Source: Squalus acanthias
Lineage: Eukaryota
Direction of reading: 5' to 3'
Length of the DNA stretch: 64,000 nt
Assembly: GCA_030390025.1 (NCBI GenBank)
Contig: CM059431.1
Coordinates: 110,548,001-110,612,000, forward strand
The notes under the pieces are model-generated. The model was given only the letters and a program-made list of their open reading frames with translations. It was not told the origin of the DNA and did no database searches. Shown here one piece after another: positions 1-10,590 of the stretch. How positions within the stretch are numbered: position 1 is the first letter of the stretch; the number at the start of each line of letters is the position of its first letter. The translations under genes and the position numbers were made by a program.

Positions 1-394
1 CTGAAAATTTGTTTTAGTTTCTGTACACTTTGCTTGTGTCAAAGAACAGAATAGTGTTTAATGTGGAGTGACTCTGTGAGGTAGATCGCACTGCTGCATC
101 CTGTGGTAAAGCCACAGCGCCATCTGCTGTCCCTCAGCTACGTCGCTGCGACATGTAATACTGGACTCTGGCCTTTAAAAGAAAATACTTTCATTTTATA
201 GAACACCTTAAAGCATCTCTTAAACATCTCAGGGCACTTCACCTACAATTTTGAAATGCAGTAACTATCGTCACACAGGCAACTGGCTGCCATTTTGTGC
301 ATAGCAAGATTCCACAAACAACAACAATGTGCAGGACCATGAGATTTGAGTAGGGAGCAGAGTTGTTAGTTGAAGGAGGAGTTGTGATTGATTA

Positions 395-990
395 GGATTA
401 CGTAGGATATACAGCACAGAAACAGACCATTCGGCCCAACCAGTCCATGCCGGCGTTTAAGCTCCACTCGAGCCTCCTCCCGTCTTTCCTCATCTAACTC
501 TATCAGCAAAGCCCTCTATTCCCTTCTCCCTCGTGTACTTATCTAGTCTCCCCTTAAATGTATCTACACTATTTGCTTCAACCACTCCCTGTGGTAGCGA
601 GTTTCACATTCTCTCACACTCTGGGTAAAGAAGTTTCTTCTGAATTCACTATTTGATTTCTTGGTGACTATCTTATATTGATGGCCTCTAGTTTTGCTCT
701 TCCCCACAAGTGGAAACACTCTCTCTGTATCCACTTTATCCAAACCTTTCATAATTTTATTAGGTCACCCCTCAGCCTTTTTTCCCCCAAGAGAAAAGAG
801 ACCCAGCCTGTTCATCCTTTCCCGATAGGTACACTCTCGCATTTCTGGTATCATCTTTGTAAATCTTTTTTGCACCCTCTCCAGTGCCTTTTTACAATAT
901 GGTGACCAGAACTGTACGCAGTACTCCAAGTGTGGTCTAACAAAGGTTTGATACAAGTTTAGCATAACTTCCCTACTTTTCAATTCTATA
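395..990 (-). mobile_element. CR1 LINE 3' fragment
   Basis: ORFs 765-1010 and 564-752 give CR1 RT C-terminal motifs (RPHLEYCVQFWSP, TRGHQYK, RRNFFTQ); CR1-type tail GGCCGAATGG..CTGTGCTGTA. Confidence 0.9.
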
Positions 991-1342
991 CCTAGGATCC
1001 TAGGATCCATCCACTTTCAATTTATAAGAAATTCTATATTTCAATTTTTTTTTTTACGTGAAATTATAGTTTGGCCGAGGCACTAGAAAGTTTAAAGTGG
1101 AAGCCATGGCTGATGTGATGATGATCTCCTTTACCTTAGCTTGACAGCAGCAGGCACAGAGCAATACATGCCTCTGGGAGCACTGCATATTATAGAGAAA
1201 TTTAAATTGGCTTGGTTAAAAAAAAGTGATTGATTTCTCAGTCCTAAGAGGCAGATAACAAGCAAACTGTTTGGGACCCACAGTTAATTAAGTCAAATCT
1301 TGATTTGTTGTGGAACAGCGCTGGTTGAAGTTGTTTATATCT

Positions 1343-1930
1343 GGGAGCTAGGTGGCACAGTGGGTTAGATGCTGGCCTTTCACCACTGGGACCTGGATTT
1401 AATTCTAGGCCACACTGATGGGTTGAATTTCTCCTCTATCAGCTGGCTGTGGAGGTCCTTAGTGAAATGAGTTTGTGCAGTCCCAATGGCGCATTACAAT
1501 AGCAAAATACTGCGGATGCTGGAAATCTGAACAACAACAGAAAATGCTGGAAACACTCAGTCAGTCAGGAAGCATCATGGAGAGAGAGAAACAGAGTCAA
1601 CGGTTCAGGTCGATGACCCTTCGCCAGAACTGGAAAAAGTGAGAGAAGTAACAGATTTTTAAGCAAGTGTAGGGGCAGGGAAAGGGAGGAGGGGAGGCAA
1701 GAACAAAAGGGAAGGTCTGTGATAGGATGGAAGGCAGGAGAGATTGACTGACAAAAGGGATGATGGTGCGAGGCAAAAGGAGATGGCAATGGGACAAGTT
1801 AAGAAATAAATTAAGAAGGTGCTCATAGAGCCACTTGCTCATAGAGTCATACCCATAACAAGTCCCAATGGCACATTGTTGCAGCAGACTAGAGGGAGCT
1901 TTACTGTGCATCTGGCTGTGCTATACTGTA
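1343..1930 (+). mobile_element. LF-SINE-like tRNA SINE relic interrupted by a Penelope pLTR
   Basis: tRNA-like head (GGTGGCACAGTGGG...CCTTTCACCACTGGGACCTGG) plus GGTCCTTAGTGAAATGAGTTTG and GGCACATTG...GCTGTGCTATACTG segments resembling LF-SINE as recalled. Confidence 0.45.
1498..1810 (-). mobile_element. Penelope-like 3' UTR/pLTR (family A) with degenerate hammerhead core
   Basis: Reverse complement matches 23700-23900 and 3926-4060. The core reads CTGGCGA...GAAC (mutated). Flanked by AGTCCCAATGGC(G/A)CATT at 1479-1495 and 1861-1877. Confidence 0.8.
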
Positions 1931-3224
1931 GGTGTCTGAAATGGGATGAGTTCCATCCCTCGGCTCGCACTAGCTGCATGAAGTGAGTAGAGATCCATTC
2001 TCCAACTCTAGCGTCCTTCACCTTGATGAGAACCAAAAGTTTGTAATATAAAACAACTCGTTTATACCACCAGATTTCATTTTGTCTCTGGCCTGCCACA
2101 GCAGGAAGTCATTCAAAGTGCTTCAGTTCTGGTTGGAAAAAAATTTTAATTCTATCTTAGCTTTTGTTAGCTTGGGCATCAAAGAAAAGAGGGACGTGCA
2201 ACGAGGCTCATACCCCATGTTCTTTAACTTCCAACATACTGTGCCATCATATATTTCCGGGATTTATAGGCACTCTGCGGGGTAATTCCTCATATATAAA
2301 GTCTTTCGTTACCTGCCCATGTTCAAAAGAAACTGAGGAGAACGGTTAAGGTTCAGAACTTCTATTGTGTTGGAACAGATGGAGTCAAGCAGTGTTTATG
2401 TTTATGCTAATTTGTTCTCGCTACTGTATAATTTAACTTCTTGCAATTAGGTTTTAGTCTGAGCTATGTGGTCTGTTGGCTGCATGTTGATTTCAATTGT
2501 TTCAAAGGGACCTGGAGGCTATGGTGCGTAGGCCATACAATTTCTGCTATCCGCCCTTCTATCTGATAGAAGGGTTCGTTGTCCACTGGTAGCACACAAC
2601 ACAAACACATAGTCAAGTTTCGGTTCATAGGAATTGACTTTTTGTTGACTTTTTCTGTTGAGCATAAGTAAAACATATTAGGAAGAATCCTGAACTGTAG
2701 CAGGAATATGGTTAGCATCCAAGCAGGATTCTTTGCTCTTCTTTGACTAGATCTTGAATGGCTCTTCCCCTCCCGAATACGCGCCCATCTTTCCTGGCAA
2801 CTCCACGTTCGAATCCCTCCAATCAGGTTTCCACCCCTGCCACAGCACTGAACCTAAGTCACAAATGACATCCTATGTGACTGTGACCATGGCGCATTGT
2901 CCCTCCTCATCCTGCAGCCCTTTTGAACAATCGACCACACCATCATCCTCCAAGGCCTTTCCTTGGCTGTCCAGCTCAGTATCATTGGTCTTCTTTAGTT
3001 CCACTCTTACCTATCCAACCGTAGCTTTTCTTCCTGCCCCCACACTGTTACCTCTGGAATTCCTCAATGATCTATCCTCGGATTCCTCCTCTCCCTCATC
3101 TCATGCTGCCCCTTGGTGACATCTTCCAACTCCTCGGGGCCACCTTCCTCAAAGATTCTGATGACACTCAGTTCTACCTCTCCGTCACCTCTCTTGACCC
3201 CTCCACTGCCTCTCTGTGTTGTCA

Positions 3225-3425
3225 TGATGTGGAGATGCCGGTGTTGGACTGGGGTGGACAAATGTGAGAAGTGGCACAACACCAGGTTATAGTCCAACAG
3301 CTTTATTTGAAATCACAAGCTTTCGGAGCGCTGCTCCTTCACCTGACGAAGGAGCAGCGCTCCGAAAGCTTGTGATTTCAAATAAAGCTGTTGGACTATA
3401 ACCTGGTGTTGTGCGACTTCTCACA
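3225..3425. mobile_element. Foldback pLTR insertion, family B, with hammerhead motif
   Basis: 12-bp TSD TCTGTGTTGTCA at 3213-3224 and 3426-3437. Arms 3262-3340 and 3348-3426 are near-perfect reverse complements around a 7-nt loop. Confidence 0.85.
3339..3375 (+). ncRNA. Minimal type I hammerhead ribozyme motif (family B)
   Basis: TCAC-CTGACGA-A-GGAGC-agc-GCTCC-GAAA-GC-TT-GTGA: stem I, CUGANGA core, stem II, GAAA, palindromic AGCU stem III, UH. Confidence 0.75.
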
Positions 3426-3802
3426 TCTGTGTTGTCAGACTGCTTGTCTGATATCCAGTCTTGGATGAGCAGCAATTTCCTCTAGTTCAACATTAGGAAG
3501 ACTGAAGTCATCGGTTTTGGCCCTCCCCACAAACTCTGTACCCTCGCCGCCACTGATTCCACCCCCATCCCTGGCAATTGTCTCAGGCTAAACCGGATTG
3601 TTCACAAACTCTTGTAGCCTGTTCAACCCTGAGCTGAGCTTCCAACCCCATACTCTTTCCATCGTAAAAGCCGCCTATTTCTACCTCGAACATTGGTCAC
3701 CTCCGCCCTTGCCTCAGCCCATCTATCACTGAATCCAAAATAACAACAGAAAACGCTGGAAAAACTCAGCAGGCCAGGCAGCATCCGTGGAGAGAGAAAG
3801 AG

Positions 3803-3839
3803 AGTTAACGTTTCAGGTCGATGACCTTTCATCAGAACT
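3803..3839 (-). ncRNA. Minimal type I hammerhead ribozyme motif (family A), KLF12 sense strand
   Basis: AGTT-CTGATGA-A-AGGTC-atc-GACCT-GAAA-CG-TT-AACT with palindromic ACGU stem III. Confidence 0.78.
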
Positions 3840-3925
3840 GGGAAGAGCCGGAAATCAAATAGATTTAAGGCCAGGGTAAAGCTGGGAACCCTGGCCTTAA
3901 ATCTATTTGATTTCTGGCTCTTCCC

Positions 3926-3962
3926 AGTTCTGATGAAAGGTCTTCGACCTGAAACGTTAACT
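3926..3962 (+). ncRNA. Minimal type I hammerhead ribozyme motif (family A)
   Basis: AGTT-CTGATGA-A-AGGTC-ttc-GACCT-GAAA-CG-TT-AACT. Confidence 0.78.
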
Positions 3963-4734
3963 CTGTTTCTCTCTCCACGGATGCTGCCTGGCCTGCTGAG
4001 TTTTTCCAGCGTTTTCTGTTGTTATTTCGGATTTCCAGCATCCGCAGTATTTTGCTATCGTATCACTGAATCCAAGTCTTTGTCATCTCCAGACTCAACT
4101 ATTCTGATGTTCTCCTAACCAGCCTCCATTCCAGCATGCCCTGTAGACTTCAATTCATCCAAAATTCTGCTACCTGTTTTCTATCCTGTACAAAGTCCTT
4201 ACCCATCACCTCTGGCCTTGCTCACCTACATTGACACCTGATCCCCCAACGCCTCAAATTAAAATTCTCATTTTCATATTTAAATCCCATCGCGGCCTCA
4301 CCCCTCCCCATCTCTGTAACCTCCTCGAGTCCTAAAACCTCACCCCACCCAAATTCTCCATTCCTCTGACTGGCCTATTGTGCATACCCCCCCCCCCCCG
4401 CCCCTCCCCTTCCCCAGCATTGGCAGTCGTGCCTTCAGCCATCTAGGCCCCACGCTCTGGAATTCCTTCCCTAAACCCCTCCATCTCTCCACCTTCCCCA
4501 TCTTGCTTTAAAGCCCTCCTTAAAACTCAGCTCCTTGACCACGCTTTTGGTCACTTTTTCTAATATCTCCTTCTTTGTCTCAGCATCTATTTTTGCCCGA
4601 TTATACCTCTGTGAAGTGCCTTGGGACATCCTTAGCTGTTATATACATTTTTTTATTGTTGCTGTTGTGCCTTGGAATCTTGAGTATCAGAACCATCAGA
4701 AGGGGCTAGCGCGTGACTGCAATTTCATCTGAGG

Positions 4735-5781
4735 TCTCAAATTTCTGAACTGTCTCAAGGTCCTTGCAGATAAGTGTGAGACTGACTTGCAACTCACCTG
4801 CAGCCCTGTGGGCCCAGTGTCTTTTGACATAAATAGCTGGGGGCATTGGTATTAGCAAGATGGTACCTCCGGAGGAACTTCATTGGCGTGTTATCCTAAA
4901 TAACATGCTGAAATCCTGCAGTCGGACTTGCACCCATATCCTTCTGACGCGAGGCTTTGGAACATGCAAATTCCGACAATCTGATTTGATTAGTCAATTG
5001 TAGAGTAAAACAGACATTCTTCTATTTTTCAGCACCTCATCTTCCGATTAGGCACTTTACAGCCTTCCGGACGCAATATCGAGTTCAACAATTTCAGATC
5101 ATAACCTCGGCCCCCACCATATATACATTTTATCCACCCTTTTGGTTTGTGCCTTTTTCCTTTTTTTTTCTCTCTCTCTCCCCCTACGGCACCTGTCTCT
5201 CATTCTGCCAGCATTTCACACTTCACCTTTTGTTTCTTAAATCTGTCCCATTACCATCTCGTCTTGCCTTGAGCATCTCTTAATGTCTCTACTTACCATA
5301 GTTATTCCTCCCCCCAGCCTCCCCCTTGCATTTTTATCTGTTTAATTTCCTGCTCTTTTCTCAGTTCTGATGAAGGGTTTCGACCTGAACCGTTAACTCT
5401 GTTTCTCTCTCCACGGATGTTGCCTGGCCTGCTGAGTTTTTCCAGCGTTTTCTGTTGTTGTTTCAACTCTTCTATTTTTGTTTGTTAAGAGCGATTAAGC
5501 TTAAAATACCCAAATTATGGTCTATAAAGTTGGTCGGTGAAGTTCTATTTTTCCTCACAAAAAATTATTTGAGGAGCATTAAGTTCAAGAAATGACAAGT
5601 CAAGAGTTTCCAAAACAGTTTCAGTCAATGGATCAATCCAGGAAGCAAATTTTCCAAATACATAAAGATCAGCCTCTCAAATTTCGGAACTGTCTCAAGG
5701 TCCTTGCAGATAAGTGTGAGACTGACTTGCAACTCACCTGCAGCCCTGTGGACCCAGGGTCTTTTGACATAAATAGCTGGG
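4735..5781 (+). repeat. 107-bp direct duplication (4735-4841 and 5675-5781)
   Basis: 3 mismatches in 107 bp, 940-bp offset. Confidence 0.95.
5030..5467 (+). mobile_element. 5'-truncated Penelope-like element (ORF end + pLTR, family A)
   Basis: QHLIFRLGTLQPSGRNIEFNNFRS* matches the ORF end at 23560-23638. Hammerhead motif 5363-5398 has GAAA changed to GAAC. 12-bp TSD TCTTCTATTTTT at 5018-5029 and 5468-5479. Confidence 0.85.
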
Positions 5782-6229
5782 CGGGGGGGGGTTGGTAACT
5801 TTTTGTAAATTGGTATTCCACAAACCTGTACAATTACTTTTTTTGGCCAATGGTGAAGGTTATTAGTTTTGCATGCTTCTAGCAAGATGTAAACATGTAG
5901 TGAGATATAACTGTGTCCAGGTGCAGTGTTCAGGCCCTGGGATGTTTGTGTTTGAGTACAAACTTAGCAGCAAGGCGAGATTCTGTGTTATGCACATGGA
6001 GGAAAGTCTTTTTTTGGACATGCTGGTTCCTGGGTTGGAGAAAATGAGTACCGAATATAATGTAAACTGTGTTAACAGCAGAAGCACCTGCCACAGACAC
6101 AAAAGATTTTTCACCTTATTGACCACAACACGCATTATTGTGCCTTGCTCGCGGTCAAGACTGCCTACTGTTCTAGGATCAGGGAAAGGGCAACCCAAAG
6201 CTTCTTTTCTCTTTCCCGCTTTCTAAAAT

Positions 6230-7725
6230 CCCTTTCCGTTTCTCCCTCTACCCTTACCTCCAACACCTGTGTGCAGACTTTCGTCATTTCTAAGCTCTAT
6301 CCACCAAGCTGCCTCTGTTATAATCCCTCTCAGCCATTCTAGACTTGATCCCCGATCACCTTGTAGTTTCTCGCCCATCTCCCCCTCACTCACCTCTTCC
6401 ATGAGACCCACCACCTGCTCTCTTGATCACCTCCACATGCAACTTTCCCTTTTGCCCCCCTGTATTGATGGCTCCCTTTCCTTAGACACCAACCCTGTCC
6501 CTTTCAAAACCACCAACATAACTCGCTCCTCAAAATATCCACTTTAAGCCCATTTGTCCAATCTACTACAATTGCCTCTCTTACCTCCCAATCATCTCAA
6601 GTCTTCAAAAAATCTTTCCTCTCCCAACTCCATGCCCACCTCTCTCAAAGCTCCCTATTTGAATCCCTCCAGTCCAGCTTCCACAGTTCTCGCAATAACA
6701 AGATAACCCAGGCCAGAGTCACAAATTACATCCTCTGTGATTGGTGCATTATCCTCCTTGACCTCTTTGCATCATTTGATATGGTTGACCATTCTATCCT
6801 CCACAATCCTTTCTAATCATTGCTCCATTCTATGAGATTGCCCTCTGTGGTAACACTCATACCTATCCGAATGCATTCAGTGCATCTCTAGGAATGGCTT
6901 TTCTTCCCACCTCTGCACAATTACCTCCAGAATCCATCAAGGATCTATCCTTGGCCCCCTTCTCTTCCTATTCTACATACTGTTCCTCGGTGACATCAAC
7001 TGCAGTCATAGGGCCAGTTATCATATGCATGCTGAGGGCAGTTAGGTCTACCTCTCCACCACCGCTTTGAATCCACAGCCACCTTCACTCTGCCAGGTTG
7101 CCTCTCTGACATCAGATGAGTCACCACTTCCTCCAGTTGAACATTAGGAAGGTCAAGCCATCGTTTTCAACCTCCACCATAAACTTAGCTCTGCTGCCAC
7201 TGACTGCACCCCCTCAGGCTGAAGCAGACTGGCTTTCCAACTTCCACCCTCCATAAATTGCAACTTTTCCAAAATGTAACCTGCCCCAATAGTTCTTTAC
7301 TCCAATCCCACATTAAATTTAACATCCTCATCTTCAAATCCCTCCACGGCCTCATCCTACCCTAACCTTACAGCTTCCTTCAGCCTTACATTGCCTCTTA
7401 CAACATTTTGACAGTGAATACACTTCAAAATTACCTCATTGGCTGAAAAGCATGTCCTGAGGTCGTGAAAGGTGCTATATAAAAGTTTGTTCTTTCTTTC
7501 GCCTTTAGGTCCTCTGACCTGTGTGTTCTACCTGACCCTTTTGCCCCACAAAGCCTAAGCCACATCAATTCTACGATCTGGATCTCCCACCCTCAACCTT
7601 TCCATTTCTCTCTGGCCTTAAAAACCCATCTTTTCAACAAACCTTTTGGTCAACTGTCCTAATCCCTCGCTTCATGACTTAGCGCCTGTTCCCCTATCTA
7701 TTTCCATTTGTAACACTTTTATGTT
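6230..7725 (+). mobile_element. Old, decayed L2 LINE remnant
   Basis: Pyrimidine-rich sequence paralleling 2790-4670 (FESLQSSF and QGSILGPLLF-like stretches); includes a short SINE tail at ~7400-7500. Confidence 0.65.
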
Positions 7726-7764
7726 AAAGGTCTTGTATCAATGCAAGCTGTTGTAGCTTCCTAC

Positions 7765-7922
7765 CTGTATGCGTCCTCCTATGTGCTTTCAAATGAGAGC
7801 TTTTTGTGTACACTTTATTGCAGCCCTCAAAATCACACCTGTGTATGCGCCGTTTCTTCGAGTCAGGGGACTCAGATCTTCGTTGTCGTCTTGTACCCTC
7901 AATACTGAAAGGTGAATCCGAA
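7765..7922 (-). CDS. KLF12: KLF12 coding exon (basic region + C2H2 zinc finger 1), 158 bp
   Basis: Reads (x)[52 protein letters not shown](G), recognisable as KLF12. Acceptor ccttctttttcag precedes 7922; donor GTAGGA follows 7765. Phase 2 start, phase 1 end. Confidence 0.96.
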
Positions 7923-8004
7923 CTGAAAAAGAAGGACACAATGACCATATAATAAAAAGCAAATCAGAACTGATTGTTACATTGGGTAAATTATCTCACG
8001 TGGA

Positions 8005-8281
8005 GGTAAGATAATTGGCCAAAGAACCAGAGGCGACATGAGGATAAACATTTTTTACGCAGCGAGTAGTTATGATCTGGAATGCACTGCCTGAAAGGGT
8101 GGTATAAGAAGATTCAATAATAACTTTCAAAAGGGAATTGGATAAATACTTGTAGGGGGAAAATTTGCAGGGCTATGAGGAAAGAGCAGGGGGAGTGGGA
8201 CTAATTGGATAGCTCTTGCAAAGAGCTGGCACGGGCATGATGGGCCGAATGGCCTCCTTCTATGCTGTATCATTCTATGAT
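8005..8281 (+). mobile_element. CR1 3' end
   Basis: FFTQRVVMIWNALPERVV followed by the tail GGGCCGAATGGCCTCCTTCT...TTCTATGA. Confidence 0.85.
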
Positions 8282-8313
8282 CAACATGACATGATAAATA
8301 TCAAAGAGATAAG

Positions 8314-8610
8314 GGCCTAGAAATTGTTACCTTTAGCGCTGGTCGTTAAGGTCGGTTTTGAAGAAAAAATGGCGGCCGCCTCGCTTCCACCCACTTCCGG
8401 CGCGGAGCGTGACAGCCGCCATATTGGGCAGGTTGGCAGTGCTGCCATTGCCTGCACTCACCGCAAGTATTTTAATTACCAGGAGCGTGACGTCAATCGG
8501 CGTGCTGCACCAAATTGATGCACGTTCAGCGATTTTGGATGTCGCCGCTCCTCTTACCGGCCTCGGCAGCCGTTGACAGCGCGTAGAGCCGGGAGAAAGC
8601 GGCGTTGAGC
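8314..8610. mobile_element. GC/CpG-rich MITE-like fragment (one end)
   Basis: Begins GGGCCTAGAAATTG like other MITE termini in the window; CpG-rich block in an AT-rich intron; second TIR not identified. Confidence 0.45.
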
Positions 8611-9344
8611 TATGAACCTACTTATAGTATAGTAAACATTCTGTACAATTCACATTTACCGAGCTGCTTTTAAATAAGTTACACCCAAATAACTGACTTC
8701 AATCGTCTTTCAGTTTATTGCAAAAATTCTTTAATATGATCCAGATCGAGCTGGCTTTTCTTTTGTTGCTGCTTAATTTAATTTTTTTTGATCTTTTCGT
8801 CAAGATCCTGTTTGCATCAAGAAAATGCTGATAAACCTGCTGAAGAAAGAAATATTAAGATTTATGGAGGGCTTTTTTGTTCTTATTGAAAATCTTAACT
8901 TCTCAACTGGCCCCATAATCTCATTAAAACGGGAAATGGCAATTTGCATTGCCTGGGGAATTGGGAGGAAGCGGGGGGTGGGGTGGGGGGTGTGGGTGGG
9001 GGTAGCGGTGTAACTGTTACAAAGATGACTGCCCGAGAGGCTGTCTGGCTGGATTCTGGTACTGTTTATTAGATCTCCGCCAAAGTCTTCAATACCTCTG
9101 CAGAGTATGTCCAGTCCCGTGAGATGGTTCATGGTGATTGGTGAAGAAACACATCAGCAGATTGAATGCCTGTTCTATATACACTTTAGATGCCGGCACT
9201 CAACCGGAGCAGGCCAGTAAGTTCTGGCACTTAATGTGTACAGAACAGCATGTGGCTACAAACAGTCTTGGGGGACTTGTGCTGCAGCTAAAGGCCAGAT
9301 CCATTATTGTCGCTTGCAGTTGTGTCAGGAAACCGGAAATGAAT

Positions 9345-10185
9345 TTTTTTTTTAAATTTGTTTTTTATGGGATGTGGGCGTCGCTGGCAATGCCAGCATT
9401 TATTGCCCATCCCTAATTGCCCTTGAGAAGGTGGTGGTGAGCCGCCTTCTTGAACCGCTGCAGTCTGTGTGGTGAAGGTACTCCCACAGTGCTGTTAGGG
9501 AGGGAGTTCCAGGATTTTGACCCAGCGACGATGAAGGAACGGCGATATACTTCTAAGTCAGGATGGTGTGTGACTTGGAGGGGAACTTGGAGGTGGTGGT
9601 GTTCCTATGAGTCTGCTGCCATTGTCCTTCTAGGTGGAAGAGGTCGCGGGTTTGGGAGGTGTTGCCGAAGATGCCTTGGCGAGTTGCTGCAGTGCATCTT
9701 GTAGATGGTACACACTGCAGCCACGGTACGCTGGTGGTGGAGGGAGTGAATCTTTAAGGTGGTGGATGGGGTGCCAATCAAGCGGGCTGCTTTGTCCTGG
9801 ATGGTATCGAGCTTCTTGAGTGTTGTTGAAGCTGCACTCATCCAGGCAAGTGGAGAGTATTCCATCACACTCCTTACTTGTGCCTTGTAGATGGTGGAAA
9901 GGCTTTGGGGAGTCAGGAGGTGAGACACTCGCTGCAGAATACCCAGACTCTGACCTGCTCTTGTTGCCACAGTATTTATGTGGCTGGTCCAGTTAAGTTT
10001 CTGGTTAATGGTGACCCCCAGGATGTTGATGGTGGGGGATTCGGCGATGGTAATGTCGTTGAATGTCAAGGGGAGGTGGTTAGACTCTCGCTTGTTGGAG
10101 ATAGTCATTGCCTGGCACTTCTGTGGTGCGAATGTTACCTGCCACTTATCAGCCCAAGCCTGAACGTCATCCAGGTCTTGTTGCG
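9345..10185 (-). mobile_element. Non-LTR retrotransposon (CR1/L2-related group) RT C-terminus and 3' tail
   Basis: ORF 9605-10108: ILGVTINQKLNWTSHI...IYKAQVRSVMEYSPLAW...LDTIQDKAARLI. Tail GGATGGGCAATAAATGCTGGC...CCCACATCCC plus A-run. Confidence 0.88.
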
Positions 10186-10590
10186 TGTGGGCATTTGGGC
10201 CTCGTAAATGTTTATTGTTATTGTTCCAAATGTCCGTGTTGAATATGCATCCTGTTCCTCTGATGTAACAGGTGCATGCTTATTACTTTTCCAATGAAAG
10301 GAGACCTAACAACCTTTTCCTGTTTCTGAAGGAATTTGTACTTATTTGCATTTACTCGTATTGATGTTCAGGTGTTTGGGGTATCCAGTTAACTTTTTAC
10401 ATCTCTTGCTTTATTCAGCGAGGAGTCATGGATCACCTATGCCAGCTCTGACATCCAGTATTGCAAACAAATCTCCCAATTCCAGTACACCATTGCCCTT
10501 TCAAAATGGTTATCCGGGTACTTTCTAGAGAGATATCCTCCCAAAAAGGCTTGCAGTGAAAAGCCTCTGTAATAACAAAGCTTATTCATT

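Larger units (their letters stand above)
3739..4060. mobile_element. Foldback Penelope pLTR insertion, family A, two opposed hammerhead motifs
   Basis: 15-bp TSD TATCACTGAATCCAA at 3724-3738 and 4061-4075. Arms ~3732-3877 and 3888-4033 around a 10-nt loop. Confidence 0.88.
2790..4670 (+). mobile_element. L2 LINE ORF2/3' remnant interrupted by two Penelope foldback insertions
   Basis: Decayed FESLQSGFHPCHSTE, DDTQFYLS and SRLNYS-type motifs; L2-type 3' end similar to 56365-56843. Confidence 0.8.

Noticed and set aside
3262..3426. Long hairpins as miRNA precursors or ordinary TIR MITEs
   Set aside because: Variable 11-15 bp TSDs, asymmetric tails, differing junctions and hammerhead cores point to Penelope-type retro-insertion; there is no small-RNA evidence.
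4735..5781. LTR retrotransposon or TRIM bounded by the 107-bp repeats
   Set aside because: No TG...CA termini, PBS, PPT or TSD; the interior is explained by a Penelope insertion plus unique DNA.
1..7764. KLF12 final exon (zinc fingers 2-3)
   Set aside because: No EKPYKC...ARSDELTRH-coding sequence seen; it presumably lies left of the window.
7724..7948. 74-aa ORF as a stand-alone small zinc-finger gene
   Set aside because: Its ends are intron read-through; the KLF12 similarity is bounded exactly by splice sites at 7922 and 7765.
9021..9097. Candidate extra KLF12 exon (ctgcag|AGGTATT...CTTT|GTAACA)
   Set aside because: 77 nt with incompatible phase, weak splice signals and no similarity to KLF12.
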